A DNA stretch of 52,765 bases from Candidatus Hodarchaeota archaeon (lineage in GTDB: Archaea; Asgardarchaeota; Heimdallarchaeia; Hodarchaeales; Hodarchaeaceae). Shown piece by piece: positions 19,817-30,207 of the stretch (position 1 is its first letter; every line of letters begins with the position of its first letter). The position numbers were made by a program, and so were the translations under genes. The stretch is taken from assembly GCA_029856365.1 (NCBI GenBank), contig JAHQWW010000016.1, positions 1 to 52,765 of the forward strand, read 5' to 3'. The notes under the pieces were generated by a model. The model was given only the letters and a program-made list of their open reading frames with translations, did no database searches and was not told where the DNA came from.

Positions 19817-20411
19817 AAACCTATTACGGGACAACTATTTCCCCTCAAGAATTGAAAGTTTTAGAGGCACTAGAAAAACAGACAGGAAAGATACCAAAAG
19901 TAGAAGAAGTAGGGGAGGAGATACCAAGATATAAATATTCTGGATGGTATAATTTTGGCTTCAAAGAAGAAAATTCTCGGGTAATAGGACTGCTACTATA
20001 TATAAAGGGGTTAACATCACTACCCGAGAAATTCCATCACCTGAAGCACCTTGAAGTATTAAATTTAGCTTATAATGAGTTCACATAACTACCGAGTCAC
20101 TAGGACAATTAACAAACCTTCAATATCTAGATTTAAAGGATAATCAGCTCATCTCTCTCCCCGAGTCATTAGGAAACCTTATGGAACTTCAAGCACTACT
20201 TGTATATGAGAATCAATGGACCTTTCAACCATACCCTGTTTTCTTTAATTCTGAAAAATTAGGGTGGATGGTACCTAACTCAATGGCGTCACTAACTCAA
20301 CCATTTTTGTCATTTAATATTCTAATGTTCGTTGGACTTGTTACTGGATTGTTGATGATCTTAATACGTTACAATAAAAAGAAAGTGACAAAACACTCCT
20401 CTATACTTTAG
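19813..20411 (+). pseudogene. Disrupted leucine-rich repeat gene fused to a membrane-anchor C-terminus
   Basis: LTSLPEKFHHLKHLEVLNLAYNEFT, then TAA and a 1-bp frameshift near 20092, then ESLGQLTNLQYLDLKDNQLISLPESLGNLMELQALLVYENQ continuing into the 20181-20411 ORF. Confidence 0.85.
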
Positions 20412-20412
20412 T

Positions 20413-21027
20413 CTAACTGTTCTTAATCTCATCAAAAGCATTCTTAATATCTTCTGCTATCATCTTTCTTTTACTTTTTTCAATAAGGTAATTTTTTCCA
20501 GTTTGTAAATAAGATGGAAAGACCCGTTTATCCTCATAATAGAATTTATCCTTTCTAATCTTATAGGTAGATCCACTAGGTATTACTCGTTTCCCGATAT
20601 TTCTTTTGGTAATATAACAGAATGCTTTTATTGCTACATCCCCCATTAACATGAAACATTGTAAATTGGGAAACTGGGAAATTTCCTTCTCTAATATTTC
20701 AGAACAGTGCTTTATTGTTGCTGCAGAGATGGAATAACCTATCTTTCCACATTTAATAGCTGTGGTAATGTATACACCTAAGTCAAGTATTTCTTCAATA
20801 CTAGAAACGTCGATACCTGCATCTTTGAACGCCTTAATAGTTGTTTCCATATAAAATGGACTATTATTAGTATAGTAATAATCTGTTAAGTTATGTGGGG
20901 GGGCTTCAGAGATCATCAGGATTTTGATCGTTTCAGGATCAATGTCAATATCAGGTAGTATATAACATTTCTTGTTGATGTCTTGGCAAGAAAAATCATG
21001 ACAAGCAATTAAATCAGTTATTTTCAA
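20413..21027 (-). CDS. Uracil-DNA glycosylase superfamily protein
   Basis: LMISEAPP, TTAIKC, IKHC..LEKEI and LMGDVA match the UDG fold pattern. Confidence 0.7.
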   Translation of the reverse strand: MKITDLIACHDFSCQDINKKCYILPDIDIDPETIKILMISEAPPHNLTDYYYTNNSPFYMETTIKAFKDAGIDVSSIEEILDLGVYITTAIKCGKIGYSISAATIKHCSEILEKEISQFPNLQCFMLMGDVAIKAFCYITKRNIGKRVIPSGSTYKIRKDKFYYEDKRVFPSYLQTGKNYLIEKSKRKMIAEDIKNAFDEIKNS

Positions 21028-21140
21028 AATACTTCGCCTTATTCAACTTCTCTTTTAATAATAAAATCAAAAATTGTTGTTACTCCTAAATTTAATGTAA
21101 TCATTAAAGCTGAGACTTATTTTTGGTATATGATTATGTT

Positions 21141-22397
21141 CTAAAGCAAAGAAAGAATAAGCCAGTAAGCACCACTCAAAATAAGAACAAAAAATAATAA
21201 AATCAAGATTGTTAATCCATATTTTGCGAAAAAACCAGGAGTATATGGGTCTGGTGGAAGAAAATGTTTTAATGGTTTATTTTCATCAAAGATCATTTCA
21301 ATATTACGCTTTTTCAGCTCTTCAAAGAATAATAAAGGAGTATTTTCTGGTAAAGCCTCTGGGGGAAGAACTCCAGTCCCACTTATTTTTTCTTCAGCAT
21401 AAAGATGAGCTGCAATTGACGCAGGAATTCCTGTGAGTTCACCCATAGTAATACTCGGTGTACAGTAAACCCAATGGACTGGATTTTCCTTATAGGTCCC
21501 ATGAATATCTACTCGTACTGAAGAAGCAGCAACTCCCCCAGTCGCAAAAAGCTTTTCTGTTGCATGTATAACTTTTGCCCATAATTTTTGGCGAGATTTA
21601 CCTTGGATCAGATGGAGGTGCTTAAATGATTCTAAAACTTTGTTATTCCAATCAGGAGTCAATCCCCCTTTTAGTGTACACTCTGTAACATTCGATAAAA
21701 ATCTGGGAATCGTAACTGGTTCTGGATGGCCGCAATCAAAGACACCTACAGTCTTCAAAGGCAGTGGGAAATCGATTTTTACATTTCCTTTCCCAGCAGG
21801 AGCGTCTATGAATTTCCCATCTTGATAAGAAGGAAAACTCCCTGTTACAGCATAATAAAGGTGGAGTATAACTGCAAATCCCTCAGAATCGGCTGCCCCT
21901 CCTGCCCAGGCTATATTCAATTGTACAGGACCACGATCTAGTTTGTAATATGCATGTAGTGCTAATAAGTTGGACAAACCTGGAGTCCATCCGTACCCAA
22001 GAAAAATGGGAATATTGGCCTCCTTAGCGAGAACATCCATTTCAAGGACTTCTTGAGTGGGATCAGGATCGTCACAAATATCGACTAATGGGATTTTAGC
22101 TTGAATTGCAGCACGAACAACTTTTGGGCCAAAGAAATAGAAAGGGCCAATGGCTGAGCATGCGATATCATAATTCTTCATTAATCGAACTAGTTCGGTA
22201 TGATTAGTAGCATCAACCTTAATAAATTTTAAGCGGGAGTCTTTCAAATCAGACATTAGCTTGTTTGCTTTTTTTTCATTAATATCAGCAATTGCTATTT
22301 CTGTCCACATTGTCCCAAATTTGACCGCATCTTTAACAATGTAACTACCCATATCCCCAGCTCCTCCAAGAATTACCAATTTCATGATTGTCACCAT
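21141..22397 (-). CDS. Saccharopine dehydrogenase-like oxidoreductase with C-terminal TM helix
   Basis: GGAGDMG Rossmann motif, IGPFY, VDICDD, GWTPGLSN, HPEPVT, GVLPPE. Confidence 0.85.
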   Translation of the reverse strand: MVTIMKLVILGGAGDMGSYIVKDAVKFGTMWTEIAIADINEKKANKLMSDLKDSRLKFIKVDATNHTELVRLMKNYDIACSAIGPFYFFGPKVVRAAIQAKIPLVDICDDPDPTQEVLEMDVLAKEANIPIFLGYGWTPGLSNLLALHAYYKLDRGPVQLNIAWAGGAADSEGFAVILHLYYAVTGSFPSYQDGKFIDAPAGKGNVKIDFPLPLKTVGVFDCGHPEPVTIPRFLSNVTECTLKGGLTPDWNNKVLESFKHLHLIQGKSRQKLWAKVIHATEKLFATGGVAASSVRVDIHGTYKENPVHWVYCTPSITMGELTGIPASIAAHLYAEEKISGTGVLPPEALPENTPLLFFEELKKRNIEMIFDENKPLKHFLPPDPYTPGFFAKYGLTILILLFFVLILSGAYWLILSLL

Positions 22398-22652
22398 AAT
22401 AATATGAAGTAAAATATTCGTTTAAATGTGAAAATTAAACATTTTGTTTTTGTTTGAAAGTGATTTTTCTTTAATTAAGTCTCCAATGATACAAGGGCTG
22501 CTTTAGTAGACTCTTTTAACATTTTTCCTTGTTCTTCAGGATTGGGTGCTGTTTCCATTTCCAAAAAAGATGATATTTTTTGCTTATGTTCAGAGAAAAT
22601 TATTTTTTCTTTCACAACTTTCGTGACTATTCTTCTTCTTGATTCTTCTGTA

Positions 22653-23873
22653 CTATTTTAGCTCTAACGATTTTTCTAGAGTGGAAAAATTATGATGGCC
22701 TGTTTTTTGGACCGTAACGGTATCTTCAATACGAATTCCCCATTTACCAGGATAATAAACACCTGGCTCAACAGTTACGACATCTCCTTCAGCTAAAGCA
22801 CATTTTCTCGTTAAACTCAAGTAAGGCATTTCACCTATTGTTAACCCGACCCCGTGCCCTAGACCATGAATAAATCCCTCTTTCATAGCCATTCCAGGGT
22901 GTTTCATGTAGTATAGGGGAGTTTTATGATTCCGTGTTTCAAAAATTTCACATACACTTTTGGAAATTATTTGGCCATCAGCACCAGTAGTTATTTGGTC
23001 AAGGGCAGTTTGTTGAGCCACAGCAACATCTTCATACATAGTTTTAACTTCTTGAGGAGCATTCCCAATAACAAAAGTTCTAGTAGTATCAAAACAATAC
23101 CCTGATGAAATATCTTGGGGAAAAATATCAAAAACAATTGGTATTCCTTTTTTGATTTTCCGCTTAGGGGTTCCATGGTTATGGGGATCTGCTCCATCGG
23201 GCCCTGAAGCAAAAATTGTATCAAGAACTGCTAACAAATTTACTTCAGCAAGATTCCGATTAATAAAAGCCTTAACATCAGCAACAGTTAATGAAGTCTG
23301 CTTGTATTGAATAGTTTCCCCAGAAACAGGACAGTTCCTAAGCATTTCCAATGTTTTACGTACAACGGATTCGGTCTTCTTGGCTACTTCAGCAATTAAA
23401 TCCAGTTCTTGAGAACTCTTCGTTCGACGAACTCGTTCAATCAATTCTGGTTCTGTGAGTACCTCATATCCACGCTGTTCTAAACGACGTGTAATATCGA
23501 TTGCTTGACCTGCTTCTATCATTCCACCAAGAATAATTCTTTTTTGGACATCCATTTCTTTGAGTGCTTTAGTGAATACCTGAGCTCGAGCTTCCTCAAC
23601 TCCATGTTCTCCTATTAACTGAAGATAATTATATCGAGAATAGGGTTGGACATTTTTGACTAATCCTTTTTCAGCACTCCCGAGATCGAGATCACCCACG
23701 ATCAGTAGCGCATCCTCACCAGTTTTCTTCATATACACCCCCCCTCGCGGAATGTTACAACCACAGACGTAAGCAAGGGAAGGATTGCCAGCAGTACTCA
23801 CCCCAGTGATGAGGATAGCTTCAGCATTAACTTTATCTAATTCTGTATCTAAATCATCAATCATTGCAATCAA
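22653..23873 (-). CDS. Xaa-Pro peptidase (M24B family)
   Basis: Metal ligands in FDIFP, DTTRT, HGLGHGVG, VEPGVY, RIED. Confidence 0.92.
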   Translation of the reverse strand: MIAMIDDLDTELDKVNAEAILITGVSTAGNPSLAYVCGCNIPRGGVYMKKTGEDALLIVGDLDLGSAEKGLVKNVQPYSRYNYLQLIGEHGVEEARAQVFTKALKEMDVQKRIILGGMIEAGQAIDITRRLEQRGYEVLTEPELIERVRRTKSSQELDLIAEVAKKTESVVRKTLEMLRNCPVSGETIQYKQTSLTVADVKAFINRNLAEVNLLAVLDTIFASGPDGADPHNHGTPKRKIKKGIPIVFDIFPQDISSGYCFDTTRTFVIGNAPQEVKTMYEDVAVAQQTALDQITTGADGQIISKSVCEIFETRNHKTPLYYMKHPGMAMKEGFIHGLGHGVGLTIGEMPYLSLTRKCALAEGDVVTVEPGVYYPGKWGIRIEDTVTVQKTGHHNFSTLEKSLELK

Positions 23874-23884
23874 TTTCCATTGTT

Positions 23885-24430
23885 CTACAAACTCTTTTTC
23901 ATAATATAAGACATTTCAGTTTTTCCGATGACAGAAAAGTCGTACTCGTTATATATCGATTTAAATCCCGTATGGGGTATCACCTTGGGATCGTTTAACT
24001 TTTGATCAAGTGTTGGAATTGCATACAGAGTTTTAATTCCTTTTGACTGACATTCTTCTATTACTAGGGGTAAAATTGATTTTATCAATCCTCTCTGACG
24101 AAATCCCTGCTTAATGAAATAACATGAAATTATTTTTACATTATCAGACTCTTCTGGTTTTATCATGGATGTTAATACGTTTGAACATGTAGGATCAATA
24201 CATTGGCACCATCCAACAGGTTGATCATTATGGTAATATATGTAACCATCAGAACAAATCTTAACAAATTCACTACGCCATTCTTTTGAATCCTCAGCAC
24301 TTATATTTTCCCAATCAATATCTTCACGTATAAAGCAGGTACACTGATATGGTTCCCATTCATCATTGACAAACAAACTCTGGAAATCGGTCGTAGTAAA
24401 CTCTGTTAATGGTTTTACATAGTCGCTCAT
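23885..24430 (-). CDS. GNAT family N-acetyltransferase
   Basis: PVGWCQ, ISCYFI...RQRGL acetyl-CoA motif, LYAIP. Confidence 0.75.
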   Translation of the reverse strand: MSDYVKPLTEFTTTDFQSLFVNDEWEPYQCTCFIREDIDWENISAEDSKEWRSEFVKICSDGYIYYHNDQPVGWCQCIDPTCSNVLTSMIKPEESDNVKIISCYFIKQGFRQRGLIKSILPLVIEECQSKGIKTLYAIPTLDQKLNDPKVIPHTGFKSIYNEYDFSVIGKTEMSYIMKKSL

Positions 24431-24577
24431 TTTTTAAACACCCAGTATTATTAATTCCAAACTGAAATCTTGGATTCTATAAAGTATTTTAGAAGTTAGT
24501 TAATGTTTGTAAGACAAGATTAGAATCAGAACATTTTGTACGAAAAAGACTACAAATTTTATTTTAGGTGAAAATTC

Positions 24578-25624
24578 ATGCCTATTGAAACTAATATTAC
24601 CAAAATGTTGGGAATAAAACATCCTATTATTGCAGCACCAATGGCCCCTTTCCACACCACTGAGTTGACTATTGCTGTTTCTGAAGTGGGGGGATTAGGT
24701 GTTCTCTCTCAAATTGGTCTTCTAGATGAAGACAGAAATCCTGTTGATGAAATGAAAAAGAATATGCAATATGTCGTTGAACATACAGACAAGCCATTTG
24801 GATTTAATGTCCGAACTTCTAGATTAGAACCCTTTGCATCTGCTTTATGCTCTGAAATCCCAAAATTTATCCTGAAAAATAAAAAAATCAAGGAACAGTG
24901 TGTATATATTCTCACAAGTGCGGGATCAGCGAAAACACTTCCAAGTTCTAAATCTTTTCAAGAATTAAAAAGGAGCTCCCAGATTAAGCATTTTCATGTT
25001 GCTCCAGCATTATGGTTAGCGGAAAAATGTGTAGCTGCTGGAGTAGATGGATTAGTAGTTACAGGTAATGAAGGGGGTGGACATCAATCATATGAAAAGG
25101 TGAGTACCCTAGTACTTCTTCAACAAGTACAACAAAAATTTCCTCACATACCCCGTATTGCATGTGGAGGATTCGCCTCAGGTGAAGGGTTGGCTGCAGC
25201 TTTATCACTTGGAGCAGGTGCAATTGCCATGGGATCCAGATTTATTGCTTCCAAAGAATGCGAATTCCATGATACATATAAGAATGTCATACCACCAGCT
25301 AGAGCTCAAGATACTATATTAGTTACAGGTATTTTAGGCCCTATTCGACTTTGGAAGAACGATTATTCCTTACGTTCACACGCTGATCTGGTTGCTGATA
25401 AAGAAGAGAAAATAGCCGAAGAAGTAGCAATGGACAAGGAAGCACTGAGTAAAGCAGCCCGAGCTTACGATCTAGCTTACCAAGGGAACGTTAATGATGG
25501 GGCTGTTCTCCTTGGACAGAGTATTGGCTTAATTGATAATATTGAAAGGGTGTCAATTATTATTGAAAGGATAATAAAGGATGCTGAAATAGCGATTAAA
25601 AGAGTAATTACACAAATCAAGTGA
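24578..25624 (+). CDS. Nitronate monooxygenase / FabK-like flavin-dependent oxidoreductase
   Basis: HPIIAAPM, GGLG, GNEGGGH, IACGGF, MGSRF, GQSIGLI. Confidence 0.88.
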   Translation: MPIETNITKMLGIKHPIIAAPMAPFHTTELTIAVSEVGGLGVLSQIGLLDEDRNPVDEMKKNMQYVVEHTDKPFGFNVRTSRLEPFASALCSEIPKFILKNKKIKEQCVYILTSAGSAKTLPSSKSFQELKRSSQIKHFHVAPALWLAEKCVAAGVDGLVVTGNEGGGHQSYEKVSTLVLLQQVQQKFPHIPRIACGGFASGEGLAAALSLGAGAIAMGSRFIASKECEFHDTYKNVIPPARAQDTILVTGILGPIRLWKNDYSLRSHADLVADKEEKIAEEVAMDKEALSKAARAYDLAYQGNVNDGAVLLGQSIGLIDNIERVSIIIERIIKDAEIAIKRVITQIK

Positions 25625-25811
25625 AGTTTTCGAGAAAACTTCCTTCAAATCGTTTTAACGATGGAATGATGTTCCAACAATTCGGTAAGATAATTTTTTC
25701 CAAATCTTGAAAGTGATTATTAATCCAAGAGAACTCCATCCAACCAGAATCTTCTCCTATGTGTTTTAAATCAACATAGTAGAACCATTCTCCGTTAAGT
25801 GAAATTTTCAC
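25617..25811 (-). pseudogene. N-terminal remnant of a glycoside hydrolase family 2 gene
   Basis: ISLNGEW...D...G...W...LPNCWN...FEG is the GH2 sugar-binding domain start; truncated at 64 aa against the convergent gene. Confidence 0.7.
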
Positions 25812-25867
25812 CTCATAGACACCTATAAAAATAAAGTCAGCTTATTTTTATAAAAAGAGAACTCTGA

Positions 25868-27832
25868 TTATTTGGTTTCAAAAAGGACTTTATGGAAAAA
25901 GTCCGCTTCTCTTGTTAATGCGTCAATATTATTATTTTTTTTCCGAAATCCATGAGTTTCTCCTTCGTATTCAATGTACTCACTGAGGATACCTTTTTCC
26001 TCAAGAATTTCAGCCACCTCACGAGACACCTCAGGTACAACAACTTTATCATCCTTGCCTTGAAACAAGATCATAGGTGACTTTAAGTTATCTAAATGAT
26101 TAATAGGGGAACGCTCTTTGTAGATTTGTTCACCCTCGGGGTCGGATAGAGATTTTCCTATCAACCAGTCAATATATCTCGATTCAAATTTATGGATCTG
26201 TTTAGTGAGAGTGATCAAATTCCCAATTCCAAAATAACTAGCTCCTACTTGAAATGTATCTGGGAATAATGTCAATACACGTTGTACTGCATATCCACCA
26301 GCACTTCCTCCTGTGATTGCCACTTTTTGGGAAATAATTCCTTGCTGCAATAGAAAATTAACAGCATCTTTAATGTCTTGAGCATCGATGACGCCCCAAG
26401 TTCCTTTTAGTGCGTCTCTGTACTGTCTTCCATAGGAAGTACTCCCTCTATAATCAAGATCAATGATAGCATACCCTTGATTAGTCCAAAACTGCTTTGA
26501 TAATGTATATACTCTCCTTGCTCTCGCGGTAGGTCCACCATGAACCATAACAATCAATGGTGGCTTATCTCCTTCGGGAGCAACATATTTCTTATTCTTT
26601 GGTAAATATAGTAGACCATAAGCTCTCTTTCCATCGGAAGTCGGATATTCAAGATGTTGGGGTATGGAGATGTCCTGTTCTGAAAGAGGATTTGTGAAAG
26701 ATGATTTAATAATGTCATAAGTCATTGATTGAAGATCAAATTTAACAAGAGTAGAAGGTTTATTGAAACTATTTCCAAAAAATACAATTTCATGTTCCGA
26801 ATAAGCCTGAATTCCATAATAGTCATCAAAAGGTGACTGGAGTGTTTCTAAAACTCTTGTTATAGGGTCGATTAAGGCGAGAAAGCTCTGCCCTTTCTTT
26901 TCATAATTTGCCACAATTCGTTCGCTGCTGGGCAAAAAATCCCAGCTCATGAATCTAAACCCCCACATTGGTAATCCAAACTCTGCAAGTTCCTGTGTGA
27001 TTGCTCTTATTTCACCATCATAATACTGGTAAAGATTCCACCAATTTTTCGGACTTTCTTCTGGTTGGCTCTCTTCATCCATGACAAAGAAAATGTGATC
27101 ATTATGATTGAACCGAATTGCACCAATTGAGATACCTTCCCCTCCTGCAATGATTTTCTCAGACCCTAAAACAATAGAGTTGTATTTTAGGTCTGCTAAT
27201 ACAAGCTCTGTGGAATTCCATGGCATATTAGGATGATCATATTGTAACCATGCAATCTGACTTCCATCTGGAGAGATAATGGGATCAAAATAGAAATCTT
27301 TTCCTTCTACGACGATTTCAGGCTCCTGAATAGCATTTTTTGTAATATCGAGGCATGCAATATAATTTTCATTTTCTTTTTCCATAAACTCTTTTTCATA
27401 AACAAAGAATAACATTTTGCCATCTGGCGCCAAAATTGGGGCTGCATACTTTCCTAAAGAACCATCCTCATTTCTTTCAGGGGTTAAGGGGACAGGTGAT
27501 TCTGTTCCTTTGAGTGCTGACCGATAGAGGCGCTGATCATTGAAATTAACATAGAAGACATTCCTCTTACCTACCTCCCAACATATACCACCATATTCAT
27601 GAACTCGGGTTCGTACATTTACATCTGCAGGTAAGACATCAAAAACTTCCCCCTTATCGTTTTGACAAACGAGTGCGACTCGACCATTCTCTGCAGGACG
27701 TAGTTCAGACCAATAAATATAATCATTAAGAATTTTAATATCATTGAAAGATATCATATCTTCAAAGACCTGTTCGGGTGTTATATTAGGAATCCATTTA
27801 TGATAAGGTTTAATTTGCTTATTTTTTACCAT
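25868..27832 (-). CDS. S9 family peptidase (acylaminoacyl/prolyl oligopeptidase)
   Basis: VHGGPT, YRGSTSYG, nucleophile GGSAGG, GKDD, ETHGF. Start moved to MVKNK (27832). Confidence 0.92.
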   Translation of the reverse strand: MVKNKQIKPYHKWIPNITPEQVFEDMISFNDIKILNDYIYWSELRPAENGRVALVCQNDKGEVFDVLPADVNVRTRVHEYGGICWEVGKRNVFYVNFNDQRLYRSALKGTESPVPLTPERNEDGSLGKYAAPILAPDGKMLFFVYEKEFMEKENENYIACLDITKNAIQEPEIVVEGKDFYFDPIISPDGSQIAWLQYDHPNMPWNSTELVLADLKYNSIVLGSEKIIAGGEGISIGAIRFNHNDHIFFVMDEESQPEESPKNWWNLYQYYDGEIRAITQELAEFGLPMWGFRFMSWDFLPSSERIVANYEKKGQSFLALIDPITRVLETLQSPFDDYYGIQAYSEHEIVFFGNSFNKPSTLVKFDLQSMTYDIIKSSFTNPLSEQDISIPQHLEYPTSDGKRAYGLLYLPKNKKYVAPEGDKPPLIVMVHGGPTARARRVYTLSKQFWTNQGYAIIDLDYRGSTSYGRQYRDALKGTWGVIDAQDIKDAVNFLLQQGIISQKVAITGGSAGGYAVQRVLTLFPDTFQVGASYFGIGNLITLTKQIHKFESRYIDWLIGKSLSDPEGEQIYKERSPINHLDNLKSPMILFQGKDDKVVVPEVSREVAEILEEKGILSEYIEYEGETHGFRKKNNNIDALTREADFFHKVLFETK

Positions 27833-28491
27833 CTTAAACACCTTGTAAGACAGTTCTTGTAAAATATTGTTTAATTCATGAAGTTTTTTGTATTCTCTAA
27901 ATTGATTAACAAAATCTTGGTCATATTTAGAATTAAAATTTGAGAATTGAAAAATTTGGATCATTTCTAGGAGCTAAAATTCTCTTATCTTCAGCTAGTT
28001 AACACTATAACCTTCAAATCCAACTATATTAGTATTTCCAGTTTTGCATTTCTTATGACACAAAAATAAGATTCGACACAATTGTAATCGCATAAGAGCT
28101 AATTGCAATTGAGCTTTAATGTGGGAGAGATAAGAATCTTGTATTGAGCGAGTAAAAATGAGTTCTTTGGCATTTTTTGCTAAAGAATTATCTAAACCGT
28201 TTACTGTGGTAAATCCCATTCTTTTTGCTTCATTCAACCATTCTTCTATTTCTTCTCTATTAAAGGGCCAAGAATCGTTCAATATGAAAACTTTTGTGTA
28301 TTTCTAATTAATGTTTCACTTTCTACTTCTCAATTAGCTACAATTTCAAATGATAATCTTTTCCTAATGAAGAAATAAATAAATCGGGTCAAATGATATG
28401 GGAGCTTTATAAAAATAAAAAATATAATCTTCGCTTAGAAATATTCCTCTTGGAAATCCAAAAATAAATATTCTATTTATGTGATAAAATA

Positions 28492-30207
28492 ATGAAAACA
28501 GCTAATTCTGACGAAGTTACAGCTCCCAAAGATTTTATTCGGAAAATTATTTCAGAAGATGTGGAAAACAATAAAAATAATGGACGTGTCCATACTCGTT
28601 TCCCTCCTGAACCCAATGGTTGGTTACACATTGGTCACGCGAAATCGATTTATCTTAATTTTAGTATCGCAAGTGAATTCAATGGACTATGTAATTTACG
28701 GTTTGATGATACAGATCCTACAAAAGAAAGCATGGAATATGTAGAGGCAATTGAAAAAGATATTCAATGGCTTGGGTTCGATTGGGAAGATAGACTCTAT
28801 TTTGCATCGGATTATTTTGAACAATTATATCAATTTGCTATAGAATTAATTAAAGCTGGAAAAGCTTATGTTTGTGATTTGAGCGTAGAAGAAATTAAAG
28901 CACAAAGGGGGACATCAGATGACCCAGGGATAGAAAGTCCATATCGTAATCGATCAGTGAAAGAAAATCTTGATCTATTTAAGAGGATGCTTAAGGGAGA
29001 GTTTAAAGATGGTTCTCGGGTGTTAAGAGCTAAAATTGACATGACATCTCCTAATATGCTAATGCGCGACCCAATAATGTACCGAATAAAGAGAGAACCG
29101 CATTATAGAACAGGAGATAAATGGATTATATACCCCAGTTATGATTATACACATGGACAATCAGACGCAATCGAAGGAATCACTCATTCACTCTGCTCAT
29201 TAGAATTTGAAACACATAGACCCCTATATAATTGGTATAGAGATCAGCTCCTTTCTTTAAACATGCTTAAACACTGTCCTGAACAAATTGAATTTTCACG
29301 ATTGAACTTAACATTCACTGTTATGAGTAAACGACGCTTATTGAAATTAGTTGAACGTGAGCAGGTTTCTGGCTGGGATGACCCTCGTATGCCCACACTT
29401 GCAGGTTTACGTAGACGTGGTTTTCCTCCAGTAGCTATCAGAAATTTCTTAACTAAAGTCGGAATATCAAAAAGAGAGAATTACATAGATGTTGGCCTTT
29501 TGGAAGCCTGCATCCGTGAAGAAATGGATAAAAATTGCAATCGTGTAATGGCTGTACTGCGTCCCCTAAAGGTTGTGATTCAGAACTATCCAGAGGATAA
29601 GGTTGAAGAACTGGATGCCCCTAATCATCCTAAAGATCCAAACAAAGGATCACGAAAAATACCATTTTCACAAATATTATACATTGAACGTGATGATTTT
29701 CTTGAAGAGCCCCCAAAGAGATTCTATCGGTTAGCACCCGGGAGAGAGGTTCGACTTCGATATGCATATTATATTAAATGTGTTGATGTAATTAAAGATA
29801 ATAAATCTGGAGAGATAATAGAATTACATGCATTATATGACCCTGAAACCAAAGGAGGATTTGCTCCTAATGGACGAAAAAGAGCTACTCTCCATTGGGT
29901 TTCAGCTGAACAAGCAATCAAAGCAGAAGCACGTTTATATGATAGGCTTTTCATCAAGGAGAATCCTTTGGAAAATGCAGACTTTGAAAAAAATTTGAAT
30001 CCCAAATCTTTAGAGAAGTTATCTTGTTATGTAGAACCGAGTCTTCTGGCCACAAAACCGGGGATGACGTATCAATTCGAACGTTTAGGATACTTTTGTG
30101 TTGATTCAGTGGATACAACACCTGAACAGCTAGTTTTTAATCGCACGATAACTTTACGTGACCCTTGGGCCAAGATTAAGAAAACTCAGAAAGTAAAAAA
30201 GAAATGA
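28492..30207 (+). CDS. glnS: Glutaminyl-tRNA synthetase (bacterial-type GlnRS)
   Basis: DFIRKII...[63 protein letters not shown] and [11 protein letters not shown], colinear with E. coli GlnRS as I recall it. Confidence 0.93.
   Translation: MKTANSDEVTAPKDFIRKIISEDVENNKNNGRVHTRFPPEPNGWLHIGHAKSIYLNFSIASEFNGLCNLRFDDTDPTKESMEYVEAIEKDIQWLGFDWEDRLYFASDYFEQLYQFAIELIKAGKAYVCDLSVEEIKAQRGTSDDPGIESPYRNRSVKENLDLFKRMLKGEFKDGSRVLRAKIDMTSPNMLMRDPIMYRIKREPHYRTGDKWIIYPSYDYTHGQSDAIEGITHSLCSLEFETHRPLYNWYRDQLLSLNMLKHCPEQIEFSRLNLTFTVMSKRRLLKLVEREQVSGWDDPRMPTLAGLRRRGFPPVAIRNFLTKVGISKRENYIDVGLLEACIREEMDKNCNRVMAVLRPLKVVIQNYPEDKVEELDAPNHPKDPNKGSRKIPFSQILYIERDDFLEEPPKRFYRLAPGREVRLRYAYYIKCVDVIKDNKSGEIIELHALYDPETKGGFAPNGRKRATLHWVSAEQAIKAEARLYDRLFIKENPLENADFEKNLNPKSLEKLSCYVEPSLLATKPGMTYQFERLGYFCVDSVDTTPEQLVFNRTITLRDPWAKIKKTQKVKKK

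Larger units (their letters stand above)
19276..20411 (+). repeat. Diverged 151-bp direct repeat (19276-19426 and 20261-20411)
   Basis: Ungapped manual alignment gives 34 mismatches (about 77% identity), many at third codon positions; both copies end in TAG. Confidence 0.9.

Noticed and set aside
19276-20411. Repeat pair as a diversity-generating retroelement TR/VR
   Set aside because: Mismatches are not adenine-specific (many T/C and T/G), many are synonymous, and no reverse transcriptase is present.
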